From the human T2T-CHM13v2.0 reference genome, Homo sapiens, in NCBI RefSeq assembly GCF_009914755.1, contig NC_060935.1: a stretch of DNA of 64,000 bases; one strand, given 5' to 3'. A program made the position numbers and the translations under genes. Position 1 is the first letter of the stretch. Each line of letters begins with the position of its first letter. This document shows, in pieces, positions 39,137-53,486 of this stretch. Under the pieces are notes generated by a model that did no database searches, had not been told where the DNA came from, and saw nothing but the letters and a program-made list of their open reading frames with translations.

Positions 39137-40479
39137 AAAGGCTACTAAGAGCTGAGCCCATCAGAGATACCAAGGCAAGAAGGTCTAAGCAACAGGGACC
39201 AAGGCCCCATACTCTGAACACTCCCTGCTAACTCAGAAACCATCACACAGGGAGGCCCCAGTCTATGGCTTCAAGGCTCCAAGAACTCCCAGAGCTTCAT
39301 GTTCTTAGAAAATCAAAGCTTCTGTTATAACACCCCATCATTCAAAAAGTCTGTTTTTCTTACATTCTGTGAATGCGAGAACCTGGGGTCTTGAGAATGT
39401 AGAAGCCCAAGATTCTAACATTCTAATGTCCTGACTGCCTGAGATGCCTGATTGCAGGACTCTAAGACTCCAGCACCTGGTTTCTATGCCCCTGAGAGCC
39501 TAATGGTCAGTGGGCTTGAGTCTCTGTGATGCCAGGTAAAGGGGAGGGCACAGCAGCAAGCACCTGTGTCTGCCTGCAGTTGGGGATACCAAGGACTGGG
39601 ATTGGGAGAGCCCAAGGAAATGAACACCCACTCCCAAGGGGTGTCAAGGGAGTGATGGGTGTCCTGGAAGGGGCACGCAGGGAGAGGCCAGGGTCTGGGG
39701 GGGTGACTCGGTCTAACCACCATCTCCAACTCTCCAGCTGTGTCACCTTAGACAAGTGCCTCCTGGAGACCCCGTTTTCTCACTTCTAAACTGGGGATCA
39801 ACTGGCCTTCCTTGAAAGGTGGCTGTGAATACATGAGAAGAGGCTCAAAAGTATTTAACAGAGAGCTTGGCACTCCCAACAGCTCAGAAAAGGATGTTGC
39901 TTGTTGTCCTTATGCCCCAGCAGGCCTCAGCATCCTCTGGCAGTGCCAGTGCCCATGGCTTGGGATAAGGGATCTTTAACCCTTTCCTGGCTGCCCAAGT
40001 GACATGAAACTCTGTCCTCAGGCCCCCGCCCAAGTCTATCTCATCTCCTTTCCTCCCTCCCCACCTTCCCTGGTGGCCTGAAGTCCTTAGTGCAGAAGAC
40101 AGGCCTGAAAAGAAGGAAGAGCTGGGCCCTAGGACCAGGAAGCCCTCCTACTTCTGAGCCTGTTTCCTGATCTCTACGATGACAGAGTGGGGCCTTCCAT
40201 GGACACTTGCTGGCCCCAGGATTCAGGCTGTGTGGCCATGGTGGCCTTGGTGGGCAGGCCTGGCAGGGAAAAGGAACCAGTGGGAGCCCCTCTCCTGGGA
40301 CCAAGTGACAGGGCAGAAGTAGGGAGCAGCATGAGAATAAGCAAGGGGACCCCAATGTAGCTCCCTACCCAGCAGCCCCAAATGCTAGAGGAGAAATTAG
40401 TCAAGCCCATCCCTTTGCACCTGGCAAGAATATACCTCCCAGGAGACAGAGTCCCTTCTCCATGGGCCCATCAGCCTGC

Positions 40480-40615
40480 CTGTTGTGTTTTGTTTTTTTG
40501 AGATGGGGTCTCACTATGTTGCCCAGGCTGATCTGGAACTCCAGGGCTCAAGTGATCCTCCTGCCTCAGCCTCCCTAGTAGCTGGAATTACAGGTGCATG
40601 ACATGGCACCCAGCT
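40480..40615 (-). mobile_element. Alu monomer (FLAM-like)
   Basis: About 130-bp monomer GAGATGGGGTCTCACTATGTTGCCCAGGCTG... Confidence 0.85.
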
Positions 40616-40809
40616 TGGCCTGGCTGCTTCTGGCAGAACCATTTCCAGATATGGCCCCTGGTCCTCCCTAAATACTCCAGCATATGTGAGGTGCATGCCA
40701 GCCTCCACCCCTTTGCTTACACCATTCCACAGGCCTGAAGAACCCTCCTTCTCCTCTCTGTCAATTAAATTTTAAACAACTTTAAAGGGGAAGGGAGGGG
40801 AATGGCCAT

Positions 40810-40960
40810 TGATGACCACCTACTAAGTGCCAGATCTATTCTCTCATTTAATCTTCATGATATTATTAGCCCAATTTTACAGTTGATGAAACTGAGGCCC
40901 TGGGACCTGAGGTCATTCGTCCAAAGTCATGCAGCTAGAAATGATGGAACAGCAATTTCA
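40810..40960 (-). mobile_element. MIR
   Basis: CTCATTTAATCTTCA...TTTTACAGTTGATGAAACTGAGGC...AAGTCATGCAGCTAG. Confidence 0.7.
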
Positions 40961-43714
40961 ACACAGCCCCTTCCAGCTCCCAAGCTTGTGCCTCTTGCAG
41001 CAGGCTGACTTGGGGAAAAGAGCCCAGGGCCTCCCCCAGTCCTTCCTTGGCTTCAGGGCTGTACTTGAGCAACTCCTCCCAGCCCAGCAGTCCCCCCAGC
41101 TCCAGAAGGCAGAGACCACAGTCCCCTCCTCTCTTGCCTCCTCAAGTTGGAGGCAACCTAGAGCCTGGCCACACTTCCTGATTGATCAAAAGGCACTCGC
41201 TCAATCGGCAAAGGCTCCTGTGGTGGGACTGGGAGATGTGGCATTCTGTTTCTAAGCACCCGTCGCTATGGAAGCCAGGTGCTGCCAGCCCAAGGCCTAG
41301 CAACAAGGCACGGTGCAGGGCGGAGGCCATTGTTTGGGGCTTCCGAGGCAGCCAGCAAGAGAGAGGGAGGGTGGACTCCATCTGTTCTCTGGGCTGGAGG
41401 GCTGGACCTGCTGCCTGGCTGGGCTCTCGAGGGGAAGAAGGAGGCAAAGAGGTCAAGACCAGTCAGGCCCTGAGAGACAGAGGCCCAGAGATAAGAGCAG
41501 AGAGAAGCATATAGAGAAAAACAAAGGGAGTTCAGAGACAGTGAAAGGCAGAGACACCATCAGACAGCAAGAGAGATTCGGGAAGGTGGAAAAAGATAAG
41601 AGCTGGCCAGAATCGCAGAGACTGCTTAGACAGAGACCAGAGGCAGGGGGGTCCTGATTCCCAGCGAGGCTCCACTCCCGACTCCCAGGGAGGGAGAGGG
41701 TGTGCCAGGGAGTGAGGCAGAGTCGCAGGGGAGTGACAGAGGTGGATAGAGGCATGACAGGAGGAGATAAGCCTGAGGCAGGAGGCAATATAGAGATAGT
41801 AATAAAGGAAGAGAGGAGAGAACTGGAGAGGGACAGGTGGTGACTCGGACGCGGAGACAGACAGCAGTGGGGCAAAACGGCAGCAATACCAGGTCAAGGG
41901 CACCGAGGCCACCAGAGTCCTGAGCTGGCCCCAGTCCTGGGCCCCTGCTCCTTAGTCTGCCCATCAGTGGCATGGGGGTCACCCCCCAGCCTCGCCTGTC
42001 CCCTAGAACACAGAATCATCTGGGCACAGAAGCTCAGAAGAGAGACTCTGGAGGTCAGAGGTCACATGTGTCTCTTACCCTCAAGGGGACAGGTCTTGCC
42101 CAAGATGGAACAATGAGGTAGTGCCTGAAATAACAGGAAGTCAGGGCTTGGAAATCCCAGTCCAGAGATCCTTGCCCACCTCCACCCCAAGTGACACCAC
42201 TCCTAGTTGCCCATGGGGGCTCAGTTAGTGCAGAGAGGCACATTTGTCCCCATACCAGAGTGAATGAGGAGATTACAGAGCCTAAGATGGAACACCTCCA
42301 TAGTGGGCAGAGCTCCAGCCCTGGGATGTTTACTTCCCTCTTTCCCAATAGCAGGCCCTGTGTCGGGGCCCTGAGGACCCACCAGTGACCGGTAGAACAC
42401 AGCCGCCCACCCAGCGCTGGGACCAGGGGAGGCAGGTGCTAGAGAACCCAGAGCAGCCTAGCTGCTCGGCGTCAGGGAAGTGGCAGGCACTTGACGGGCA
42501 ACATCTCATTTAACCCTCACCAGAGCCTGTCACGGATGAGAGGGCTGAGGAAAGTGATTTGCCCTAACCTCCGCCAGCCAGCAGGTGCCTGAACTGGGGC
42601 TCAATCCCAGCTCTCTTGAGGCCAGTGCAGGTGGGAGAGCCTGGGGGAGGCTCCTCCGCCGGGGAAGAAGCAGCCAAGAAGCAAGGTGACCAGGCCTGCT
42701 CAGGAGCCCCTCCCAGAGGGAGAGTGTGGGGTGGCCTGGGGAGGGTCCCCAGCCCTCCTCCGGCCACCACTGCTCCTAGCACCAGACATCTCTCCCCTCA
42801 TCAGGATGGGTGACAGCATGCTCTCCTCCGCCCCAAGCTACCTGTCCTTGGGATTGCTAACACTGTTAGCTGCACCTGCCAGCCAGCCCTGGGAGCTCCT
42901 GTACCCTCAGAGGCACCCAGCTGCTCTTGGTTTCTCCAGACTCTTACTGGAGGAATGAGACAAGATGAATTCAGCACCCACTATGTGCCCCTTTACATTT
43001 CTTAACTCATCGTATTGTCTGTCGAGGTCTCCAAAGGCTCTGAGGTGGGCTTGCCTCACATCCCCACAGCTCCAGCCCCCGGTCCCCCTACCCACCCATC
43101 CCCAACCACCATAGGGTGACTCTTGCAGCACCCACCCGAGACCTGCCTCTAGGGCAGGGCGGGATGGTAGCAGCAGGCACACAGGTGCCTGGGAACTGGG
43201 AGTTTGATTCTCAGCCTCTGTAGTGCCCAGGTTGGGGACAGTGGGGGAATCAGGGGAAGGTGTGGGGCTGGCAGGTGAATGGCAGGAGGAAGGCAGGAGC
43301 AGGGGAAGGGAGCCAGGGGAAGGCGGGCAGCTGCACACCAGCCTCGCCCCACACACACCCTGTACGCACTCAGAGACTGTGCTGCTGCCCAGAACATCGA
43401 CCCGTGGCGCCACACTCCCCTGGGCCCCAGTTCCTGGAAGGAGGCACTGCAGGGATGATCGATCGACTGTCTCCCAGCCTCCCCTTTCCACTGCCTGGAG
43501 GCTGCTGCCTCCCTGCAGCTCCCCAGCCAGCCAGTGCCACAGCCAGGGTGAGACAGCCTGGGGACAATGAGCTTGGGGCAGCCTGGGGACAATGAGCAGT
43601 GACCCCTCATGCCCTCTGCAGCCCAGCATTCTCCTCACTCCTCAAGAACCTGGCCCAGGTAGATGGATGGTACAAGAGCCAAAATGGTGGCTCGTGCTCA
43701 TGCATGCAAGTGAG

Positions 43715-43771
43715 TGCCTGTGTGTGTGTGTGCACGCACGTGTGTGTGTGTGCATGTGTGTGTGTGTGCAC
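43715..43771. repeat. Interrupted (TG)n
   Basis: Read directly. Confidence 0.9.
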
Positions 43772-44000
43772 AGGTGAGTCAGTAGAGCAGGAGTTGTGAA
43801 TGCAAGATGTGAGCCATAAGGATGTGGGTTCAAATCCCAGCTCCTCCATTTCCTGGATATGGAGCCTATGCAAGTCACTTAACCTCTCTGAGCCTGAGTT
43901 TCTGTATCTCTACAGTGGAGTGATGAATGAGATGATACATATGGCTCTGCAACAATACTTGCCATACAATATTCTTTTGCTACACGAGAGCTTTTATTAG
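43770..44000 (+). mobile_element. MIR
   Basis: GGGTTCAAATCCCAGCTC...GCAAGTCACTTAACCTCTCTGAGCCT. Confidence 0.75.
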
Positions 44001-46714
44001 TGTTACTGTGAGTGTGTGTGCCTGTGTGTGCATGTGCACGTGCCCTAGGGAGATTCAGGAGGGATTTCTGACACTCCAGCAAGGGAGTGCAGGCTATTCC
44101 CTAACCCTCGGGCCCCCCAGAGTGGGGGCTGCAGCCAAACTCTTGGCTCAGCCTCAGAGGAAGACCTGCTGTGCCCCCCTTCTCCCCAAACAAAATCACC
44201 TGTGCTGGGCAAGGCTGTGTGGGGAGATGGATGGCTTGGCGGCCACCAGGCAGGACTGGTGATTAGGAGGCTCACGGCCCGGCATCCGGAGAGGAATGGG
44301 AGGGAGGTTGAGCTGCAGAGCCATCCATCAAGGCTGGCAGGCCCAACCATGCTGCACAGTGGGGTGCGAGAGGCGAGGGGAGAGCCACGAGGGGGGCCAT
44401 GTAGACAAGCTGAGGGCCAGACGCTAGGCCCAGCCCAGCCACTGACCTGTTGTAACCCTGAATGAGTCACTGTTACCTCGGGACCTCAGTTTCTTCATCA
44501 GGACAATGGGGCTAAAGGTTTATTCTGCCTGGATAAGTTCCAGCACAGCAGGCCCAATATCAGGCCCCAGGGCCAGAAGGAGCCCTGAGGAGAATGTGAG
44601 GGGCTCGGGGGGGCCCTTGCCTCCTGTAGGTGCCTAACTCAGCCAAAGGCTCCTGAGAGACGGAGGAAGGAGATGGAGCACAGAGTCTGGGCTGGGTCTC
44701 CAAAGACCCAAGTTTGAATCCATCTCTGACCCTAATGCCTTGCTGGCCCTGGCAAGCCCCTGACTTCCCAGATCCTTCCCTGGATGCTCACCTCCACCCC
44801 ACTCCCACCCCCAAACAGGCCAGACACGAGCAGAAAGGACTATCGGCATAGCCCTTGCTGATGCAAATTTCATTCAAACTGAGGGCAAAGTCACCCATGG
44901 GCTCTCCTCGCCTTTCTCGGAGGTAGTGATTACCTGGGAAAATCCTGGCCAGCAAGTCTGGGGCAAGAGGTCCCAGCTAGAGTCCAGCAGGACCCAAGCA
45001 GAGCCTGTACTCTCAGTCTGTCTCTAGTGACTTAAGCTTGAGCAAGTCACTTTCCCACCCTGGGCCTGTTTCCCCATCTCTAAAATGAACCCTCCCATTT
45101 AAAAATCAAAGAAGCAACAACAAAAATCTTCAGGGCTCCTCTTCCCCCAGGGACAAACTTCAAACTCCTCACTGCATCCACTCTCTCCCAGTCCTTCTCG
45201 AGCCTCGATTCCTCCCACGTTCTCTGCTCCGCATCTCACACTTAGGCCACTCTGAACATCTGTCGCTCCCCCATCCCACGCTGCTTCATCTCTGACCCTG
45301 CCTCTCTACTGAAAACCTCCTCCCCACTCATCAGGGTCAGCAGCCACTTGCACAGCCCCTGGCCCAGCTGGGTCAGGCCCTCTCACCAAGCCATCAGTGG
45401 TCCCCACACACCTTCCCTGAGGCCTAGACCAGAAGGTGGCTGTCCCCCACCTCACTCAGCTCCCCGGGGTGAGGGCTGAGCCTGGCTTTATTCCCAGAGG
45501 AGGGGAAAAGGGTTGGCAGCCCAGGGCCTCAAACAGGAACAAGGCTCAGAAGAAGTGGGAGGAGGGGAAAGAGGAGGGATGGAGGAATGAAAAGAAAGGG
45601 GGAAGGAAGGAGAGAAACAACTGTCCCCAAGGTCCCTCTGGATGGAACAATCTGAATGAACTCCAGTCCATGCCAGATGCAGCCCCATGCCCCGGCCCCT
45701 GCCCCTCCCACTCCTCCATCTCCCTCAGGCCCCAGCCCCGCTCACACACGCCAGTACAAAGGCCCAGAGCCAAAGGGGTCTCTGGCCTCTGCGGCTGAGC
45801 CCTGACTGGAGGCTAAGAGTGCCATGTGGTTGTCATAGCGATGCTGGATGCTGTCATCACTAATTCATCACCTGAACCCTGGAAGGCCTATGAGGTGTGA
45901 GGAGAGCTGGTCAGAGCTGATCAGAGCAGCCACTGGACATAGGCGTCTTAGGATCTTGGATCTGGGGGAGGAGCAGGGATTGAACTCCATCACCCCAATC
46001 CAGCTGTGCCCTTCCCTCAGCCTCCCAACACCCTGGTAAAACAAGCACAGACCTGCCCCCATCTGTTATGTGCACCTACTGTGTGTCCAGCTTGGTCCAA
46101 CTGCAGAGGCAGCCTCAGTGAAGGCCATGATGGGAGCCTCCCACCCAGCCTCTGTGAGCAGGGCAGGGCATGTCCCTCCTGATGTCACAGGAGCTGAGGA
46201 GGGGTGGAGGGAAGAGGGAGGGAGTTCATATGTTGTGCCTTCTCCTGGCAGGCATGTACCAGGCATCTTTAAAATGTAACTCATTTAATCCTCCCAGAAA
46301 ACCTGCAGGGTCAGAATCATTACTCCATTTTACGGATGCCGGATGTCTTCTCAGCTAATCCTCCCATCCAATCCTCTGGGAAGCCTTTCAGGATGCCCCA
46401 CCCCGACTTATCGCTGCCTTCTCTGAACTGCCAGCAATGGTGGGTGAGGGTTCTGGTCTCCCCCATCAGATTGGGCTGGGAGCTCCTCCTCCTCCCACCC
46501 CAGGTTATGGAGGAAACAAGGGCAGATCTTCCCACCTAGCTACCCTCCTGGCAGCCAGAAGACCACCCTCATCCAAGCAGGCTGGAGCTGTGGTTCTGAT
46601 CCCTCCCAGGACTTTCCCTGGAAGTCACCACCTCCTCAGCCTGGAGGAGAAATGCCAGACTCCCACCTGTGAGGCACCCCTGCAACCTCCCCACCTGCCC
46701 CCCCACACACCCTA

Positions 46715-46862
46715 GATTTTTTCTGTTTTAAATTTTTTTGAAGTAGAGATGGGATCTCGCTAAGTTACCCAGGCTGGTCTTGAACTCCTGGCCTCAAGTG
46801 ATCCTCCCGCCTCAGCTTCCCAAAGTGCTGGGGATTACAGGCATGAGACACCACACCCAGCC
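46715..46862 (-). mobile_element. Alu left monomer / FLAM_C
   Basis: GTAGAGATGGGATCTC...CCCAAAGTGCTGGGGATTACAGGC. Confidence 0.85.
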
Positions 46863-47089
46863 CACACTGCCTATTTTCTTCACTCACAACCTCAGGAAAA
46901 TGAACTTTTTTTTGGAGCAGGAGAATGGGAACAAAATTAACACGCAGTCACACAACAAAGCATTTACTGAACACCTACTTTGTGCAGTCCTATGAATGAA
47001 GCTTGAGATACAACAATGAACAACACAAACCAAACCTAATCCCTGCCTTTGTGGGCTTTTGGTCTAGCAGAGTCAGCACCGAGTCTTCT

Positions 47090-47220
47090 AATTTTTTTTT
47101 TCTTTTAAGAGACAGCGTCTCCCTATGTTTCCCAGGCTGGTCTCAAAACTACTGGGCTGAAGCACTCTGTCTCAGCCTCCCAAAGTACTGGGATTACAGG
47201 TGTGAGCCGCTGTGCCCAGC
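47090..47220 (-). mobile_element. Alu left monomer / FLAM_C
   Basis: GAGACAGCGTCTCCCTATG...GGATTACAGGTGTGAGCC. Confidence 0.8.
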
Positions 47221-48309
47221 TGAGCACAAAGTCTTGCTTTGCACATTTTAACCCACTCAATCCTTATAATATGCATGCAGGTGGATGTTATTGTGCCCAC
47301 TTTATAGTGGAGGAGACGGCAAAGCTTCTGGTGATAAAGGAACCTGCCCAAGCCCACGTGCTGGCAACCCGCAAAGGCAGGAGTCACAGCCAGTTGTGTC
47401 TGACTCCCAAGTCTCATTCTTGGTCTCCCGCTGGGTGAGGAGGCGGTCACAGACCTAATCCCTGCCCTCACAGAGTTTACAATCTAGTGTTGCCGTCCCA
47501 GTTCTCAAATAAGCACCACTGGGAAGTGTTCTTGAGTCTGATCCGAATCCCTCCTGCTGCAGCTCTGACTCGGCCTTTCTTCCTTAGGACCTCAGTGGGG
47601 CGGAGGATCAGCTTTCATCTCCTTGCAGACACCTGGGGTGCTCCCATGAGTTCCCAGCCTTTTTTCCACCCCCACCTTGCACAGAGGCCTCCCCCACAGG
47701 AGAGAGTGAGGTGTGTGCTCTAAAAATACCTTAATCCCTCCCTGCTTGCGCTCTAATTAAGCTGAGTGAGTCACTACTTTAAGTAATTTATTGCTAGTTA
47801 CATAATTGCTTTAATATTTAGTTCTAGAACTGGGGAACAAAAGTGACCCCCTTCTTTTCAGGGAATTGTTAATCTATAGAGTGGGGTTTATGGCCTCTGG
47901 TTGGAGGAGGATGGGGAGAGGAGTGGACCATCTTGGCCAGCCCCTGCTACAGTCTGGACAATATATAGCCATTTCCACCAGGACCACAGGGCACACCTGG
48001 TCAAAGGAGGGGCGGGTTTGTGGAAACACCAAGTCCCTACCCTGTCACCCACTCTATGGGTTTCTGAAGCCACCACTTCCAGCCGATCCAACCCTCACAT
48101 CCAAGGCTTGCCCTCAGGAGACCAAGGCCTAAGCATCCCTTCCCCTGCCTGGCTGCACTGCCTCTGCCAGGAACCAAGGCCCAGAGAGGGTCAGCAGTTC
48201 CCTGGCAACTTCCAGCATGTTGGAGGCACCCCCACTCCATGTGCCCAGGTTTGCAGCCCAAGGAAAACCCAGTACTTCTCACACTCCTATAAGAAGTCCC
48301 CCTCAAAGG

Positions 48310-48490
48310 GACTGACTACAAAGGGCACAAGGGAAGTTTGCCAGGATAAAAATATTCTTTTCTTAATTGTCATGGTGGTTATGACCATATATATTTATCA
48401 AAACTCATTATACACTTTAAATTGGTGATTTTACTGTATGTAAATTATGCCTCCATAAAACAGATGTAAAAAATTAAAAATAAATTCAGA
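48310..48490 (+). mobile_element. Old L1 (L1ME/MC-like) 3' end fragment
   Basis: TCAAAACTCATT...TTTTACTGTATGTAAATTATGCCTCCATAAAA followed by an A-rich tail. Confidence 0.65.
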
Positions 48491-49251
48491 AAAAGTAGTC
48501 ATACCCCCACCTTCTAAGCCCCCACAGCAGTAACAGCTGTGCAGAACTGGCAGCCATGCAGAAACTAAGGAGGGGCGGGTCACAGAGCCCACTACAGAGG
48601 CACATATTAGGTGCTCACACAGGAGGTGTTTGTTTCACTAAGTGCCAGTTAGCAAGGACTCACTAGGCACCTTCTGAGTGCATTTGCACATCCTTGATCT
48701 CATTAGCTTTCTCCCTGCTCTCACGCAACCTGGAGAGGGAGCCAGGTACATTACACACTGTGTCTCATTTAATCCTCATGGCTGCCCTAATGAGGTGGGC
48801 TCTATTATCCTCTCCTTTCTACAGATGAGGGAACAAAGGTGGCAGAACTTGCACAATCCTGCAGCTAAGAAGTAGAGGAGCAGAGATCTGAACCAAGAGA
48901 CAGTCCTCAAGGCTTGTGCTCCCAAGCACGTCCCTCCACTACCTCCCTTCACGATACTCAGTGGCACGGGTTAGGACGCCAGGCATGGATGATGTGCCCA
49001 CTGACCTCAGGCCTTGAATAACAAGGATTTCACTGCACGTAGAAGTAGGGGTAGGGCACAGCCAAGCAGAGAAGGTGAGTGAGTATGTGTGAGCTCCGAG
49101 AGGTGGCAAGGGGCAAGGCCAGCTCTGGGAAGGAGGGAACTGGGTCAGGGAGCAAGCCTAGAAGAAACATAAGAGAAATCAGGCAGGGTCTGAGAAAATG
49201 AGGCAGAGGGCATCTGGCTGTGTCCTCTCTGTGGGTTTCAATGTCTTCTGA

Positions 49252-49661
<410 letters not shown>

Positions 49662-51039
49662 CTAATCACCCACTCACACCCACAGTCACCACCTCAACGA
49701 GCACAGGCAAAATCCTTCATCCCAAAACTTGACAGAAACTCATTGGAAAACAGTCAGTGATGCCATGTGGCAGGAAGCACTCCAAGGCTGGGGAGTATGG
49801 AAAGGCCCCTATCAAGGAGGCAGAAGTCTTCCTAGAAGATCTGAAGAATGACAGGAATTAGCCAGGTAAAAAGAGGAGGGCCTTGGGGAAGGGAATTCCG
49901 GGCAACAGCATGTGCGGCAGCCCAGAGGCGAGAGACGCTGCACAGGTGGGGAACCACAGGCGGCTCCCTCTGACTATCTTGGCATCTGTGTATACTTCAA
50001 GTGCAAGTGCTTCCCTGCGATGCGCCACACATGTGCTGAATCGTACCTGTGTTGCATATCTAGATGTGTATACCTGTGTCATGTGCATTGATGTTCCCAT
50101 TTGTTCTGTTTTCGTTTCTGGGTCACTTTTTGGAATGATCCTGTGTCTGCTTTTCAGCATCTGTTGGTGTCTGTGTTGTGTGTGTACTGTGGGTCTCTGT
50201 CTGTGCTATGGTCTGCTTCCTGGTATGGGGAGTTCTTCTGTGTTATTGGGTTTTTCCTCTTTGTATATTTATGTTGGTGTTCAAGTCCCTATGCCTAGAT
50301 TGTGTCCGGGTTTCGGTGTGTTGTATGTTTGTGGCCAGGTCCCTTATCTCAGGCAGCTGGGGTCTGGAGGAGAAGCTGGGGCAGGGAGGTGCCGGAGCTG
50401 GGATCCAGTTGCACACAGTAACACCTAATGATTGTCAAGCACTTAGAGTGGGGCAGAAAGCTGCAGGGGAGATGCTAATTAGCACTGAAAATGAGTTGGC
50501 TGCCCAGGCCCAGAGAGGCTGACACAACAGGGATGAGTTGGCTGGGCCAAGGTCCCTCAACTCCCAGCACCATAAGGGGGCTGCCCTCACTGACTCGCCT
50601 CCCAGGGAGGCCCAAGGCCCAGGCTCTGGACAGCAAGAAGGACTGAGATCCGACTCCAGGAGGAAGGTCTTCAAAGGGAGTTCTTTTATCAGATTTGGCA
50701 GTGGAGGGGTCAGAGTGTTATCAAGAGATATGCAACGGTGACACAGTTTTGCTTTAGGGGCCATTGTCTGAGGGGGTGGCTTATGGGTGCCATGGATGAG
50801 TGCTCCAGAGAGTGAAAGCCACAGGCAGCATGAGGCAGGGAGGGATGTCCCTAGAGGAGGGTCTAGAGCTGCCACACACCTGCATTGGTGGGCAGACACT
50901 GAGGAACTAGGGCCTTAGCTCAGGCAGGTGAGCCGGGAAGTAGCGGCTGTCACCCCTCCTCTGGCCCATTTATGCAACTCACATGTCCTTGGCCAACCGC
51001 AATACTGCCTCTCACCTGGGTCTAGCCCCCCTACTTCAC

Positions 51040-51490
51040 CCATCATTTGGAGCTTCCTAACCCCAAAGCTAACCATGGCCTGACCCTGCTTAAACTTTCC
51101 TCTGCTTCCCTTTGTGAGCTGGGCCTTCACTCCCTTCCTCTCCACCGCCAGGCCCTTCCTCCAGCCCAGGAGCCCTGAACCTGCCACCCTTGATTTCTTG
51201 CTGCTCACACCTTTGCTCTTACGGGGATTTTTGCCTGGAATACCCTTCCTTTTCTCCTCCACCTGGAAAACTCTCAGTTGTTCTTTAAGGCTAAGACCCA
51301 GCATCGCCTCCTCAGGAAGGGTCCTCATCAGCGGTCCCAGCACTCACCCGACAAAATTGATTGCCTGCGTCTGGGTGTGCCTGTCTCTAATGAAGCGGAG
51401 AGCAAGGGCTTTTGGGTCCATCTCCATGGCCAGGGTGACAAGCACAGGCAGGGCACACCAGGGCACCCTCAAGGCCAGTTGGGATGAATG
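51040..51490 (+). mobile_element. L2 3' fragment
   Basis: CCTGGAATACCCTTCC...CCTCCTCAGGAAGG...GGATGAATGAA tail; boundaries approximate. Confidence 0.55.
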
Positions 51491-51650
51491 AACAGGTGGC
51501 TTGGGGGGCTCCAGGGCACACTGCGTTCTGAGAATGACATTCTTCAGCAGCCCCTGTGCTGCCCAGATACAGAGCGCGGTGATCACGGCAGGAAGCAGCT
51601 CTCAGCCAGAGAGTAGATAATGCGCATATGAGTCCACTCAGGAGACCTCA

Positions 51651-52002
<352 letters not shown>

Positions 52003-52590
52003 AAAGTGAGTGTTCAGAGGCAGAGCCTGGCTTCTGACTCCAATTCTGATATCAACAGGCTGTGTGACCTTGGGCAAGTCCATGCCCTCTCTGTTCTTCG
52101 GTTTCCCATCATCTCTTTGTCCCTCCACATCCAATCTCTAACTTTTGCTGCTGGGTTGTGTGCCCCAGAGGCCGACTTCTAAGTGGCAGCTTCATCCAGG
52201 GCTCCCTTGCCCCCTGGCATCCAGAGAAATTCTGCCAGTGAGGGTCAGGGTACTGGCAGGAGAGCAAAGGGTGAGAAGCATGCAGGCTCATGGTGGGTAT
52301 TCACCCCCTCACCCACCTGCCTCCTTTGACAAGCAGTGGCTGCAGCCACAGCTCCTGCAGGGCAGCCCCATCTCCAGGGCTCTGGCTCATGGAGCTGGGG
52401 CACTCTCCTCGGCCCCCCTCTGCCAACGCCCCTGGCCCCTTGGATGCCAGTCCTGAGTAACTTGACATGTCCTGCTGGTTCCCTTAAGCCTTCCCCATCT
52501 CCATAATACTTGCTTCACTAACTGTCTTCAGTTAAACCATTTAAGTTTGTCATCTGTTTCCCCTCTACAAAATAGGGCTAGCCCCTTGAA

Positions 52591-52592
<2 letters not shown>

Positions 52593-52628
<36 letters not shown>

Positions 52629-52908
52629 AGACGGAGTCTTGCTCTGTCCCTCAGGCTGGAGTGCAGTGGCACAATCTCGGCTCACTGCAAGCTCCGCCTC
52701 CTGAGTTCATGCCATTATCCTGCCTCAGCCTCCCGAGTAGCTGAGACTACAGGCGCCCCCCACCACGCCCGGTTAATTTTTTGTATTTTTAGTAGAGACG
52801 GGGTTTCACCGTGTTAGCCAGGATGGTCTCGATCTCCTGACCTCGTGATCCACCCACCTCAGCCTCCCAAAGTACTGGGATTACAGGTGTGAGCCACCGT
52901 GCCCGGCC
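52593..52908 (-). mobile_element. AluY with long T tail
   Basis: AluY diagnostics (CTGCAAGCTCCG, GTGTTAGCCAGGATGG); imperfect TSD CCCT(T/G)GAAGGATT. Confidence 0.95.
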
Positions 52909-52918
52909 TCCCTGGAAG

Positions 52919-52963
52919 GATTATTTAAGGAGGCGATTTGTTTAATCGCCTCCTTAAATAATC
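52919..52963. repeat. Perfect 20-bp inverted repeat with 5-nt loop
   Basis: GATTATTTAAGGAGGCGATT-TGTTT-AATCGCCTCCTTAAATAATC. Confidence 0.97.
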
Positions 52964-53035
52964 ATTTTTAAAACTTAAAGGTCACTCTGTAAACATTAGT
53001 TCTCTCCATCTGGACCCCAGATCCCCCCTCACTGA

Positions 53036-53486
<451 letters not shown>

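Noticed and set aside
40174-40410. ORF with a hydrophobic, signal-like stretch (MGLTNF...LLILMLL)
   Set aside because: No recognised homology and no convincing phase-compatible junction.
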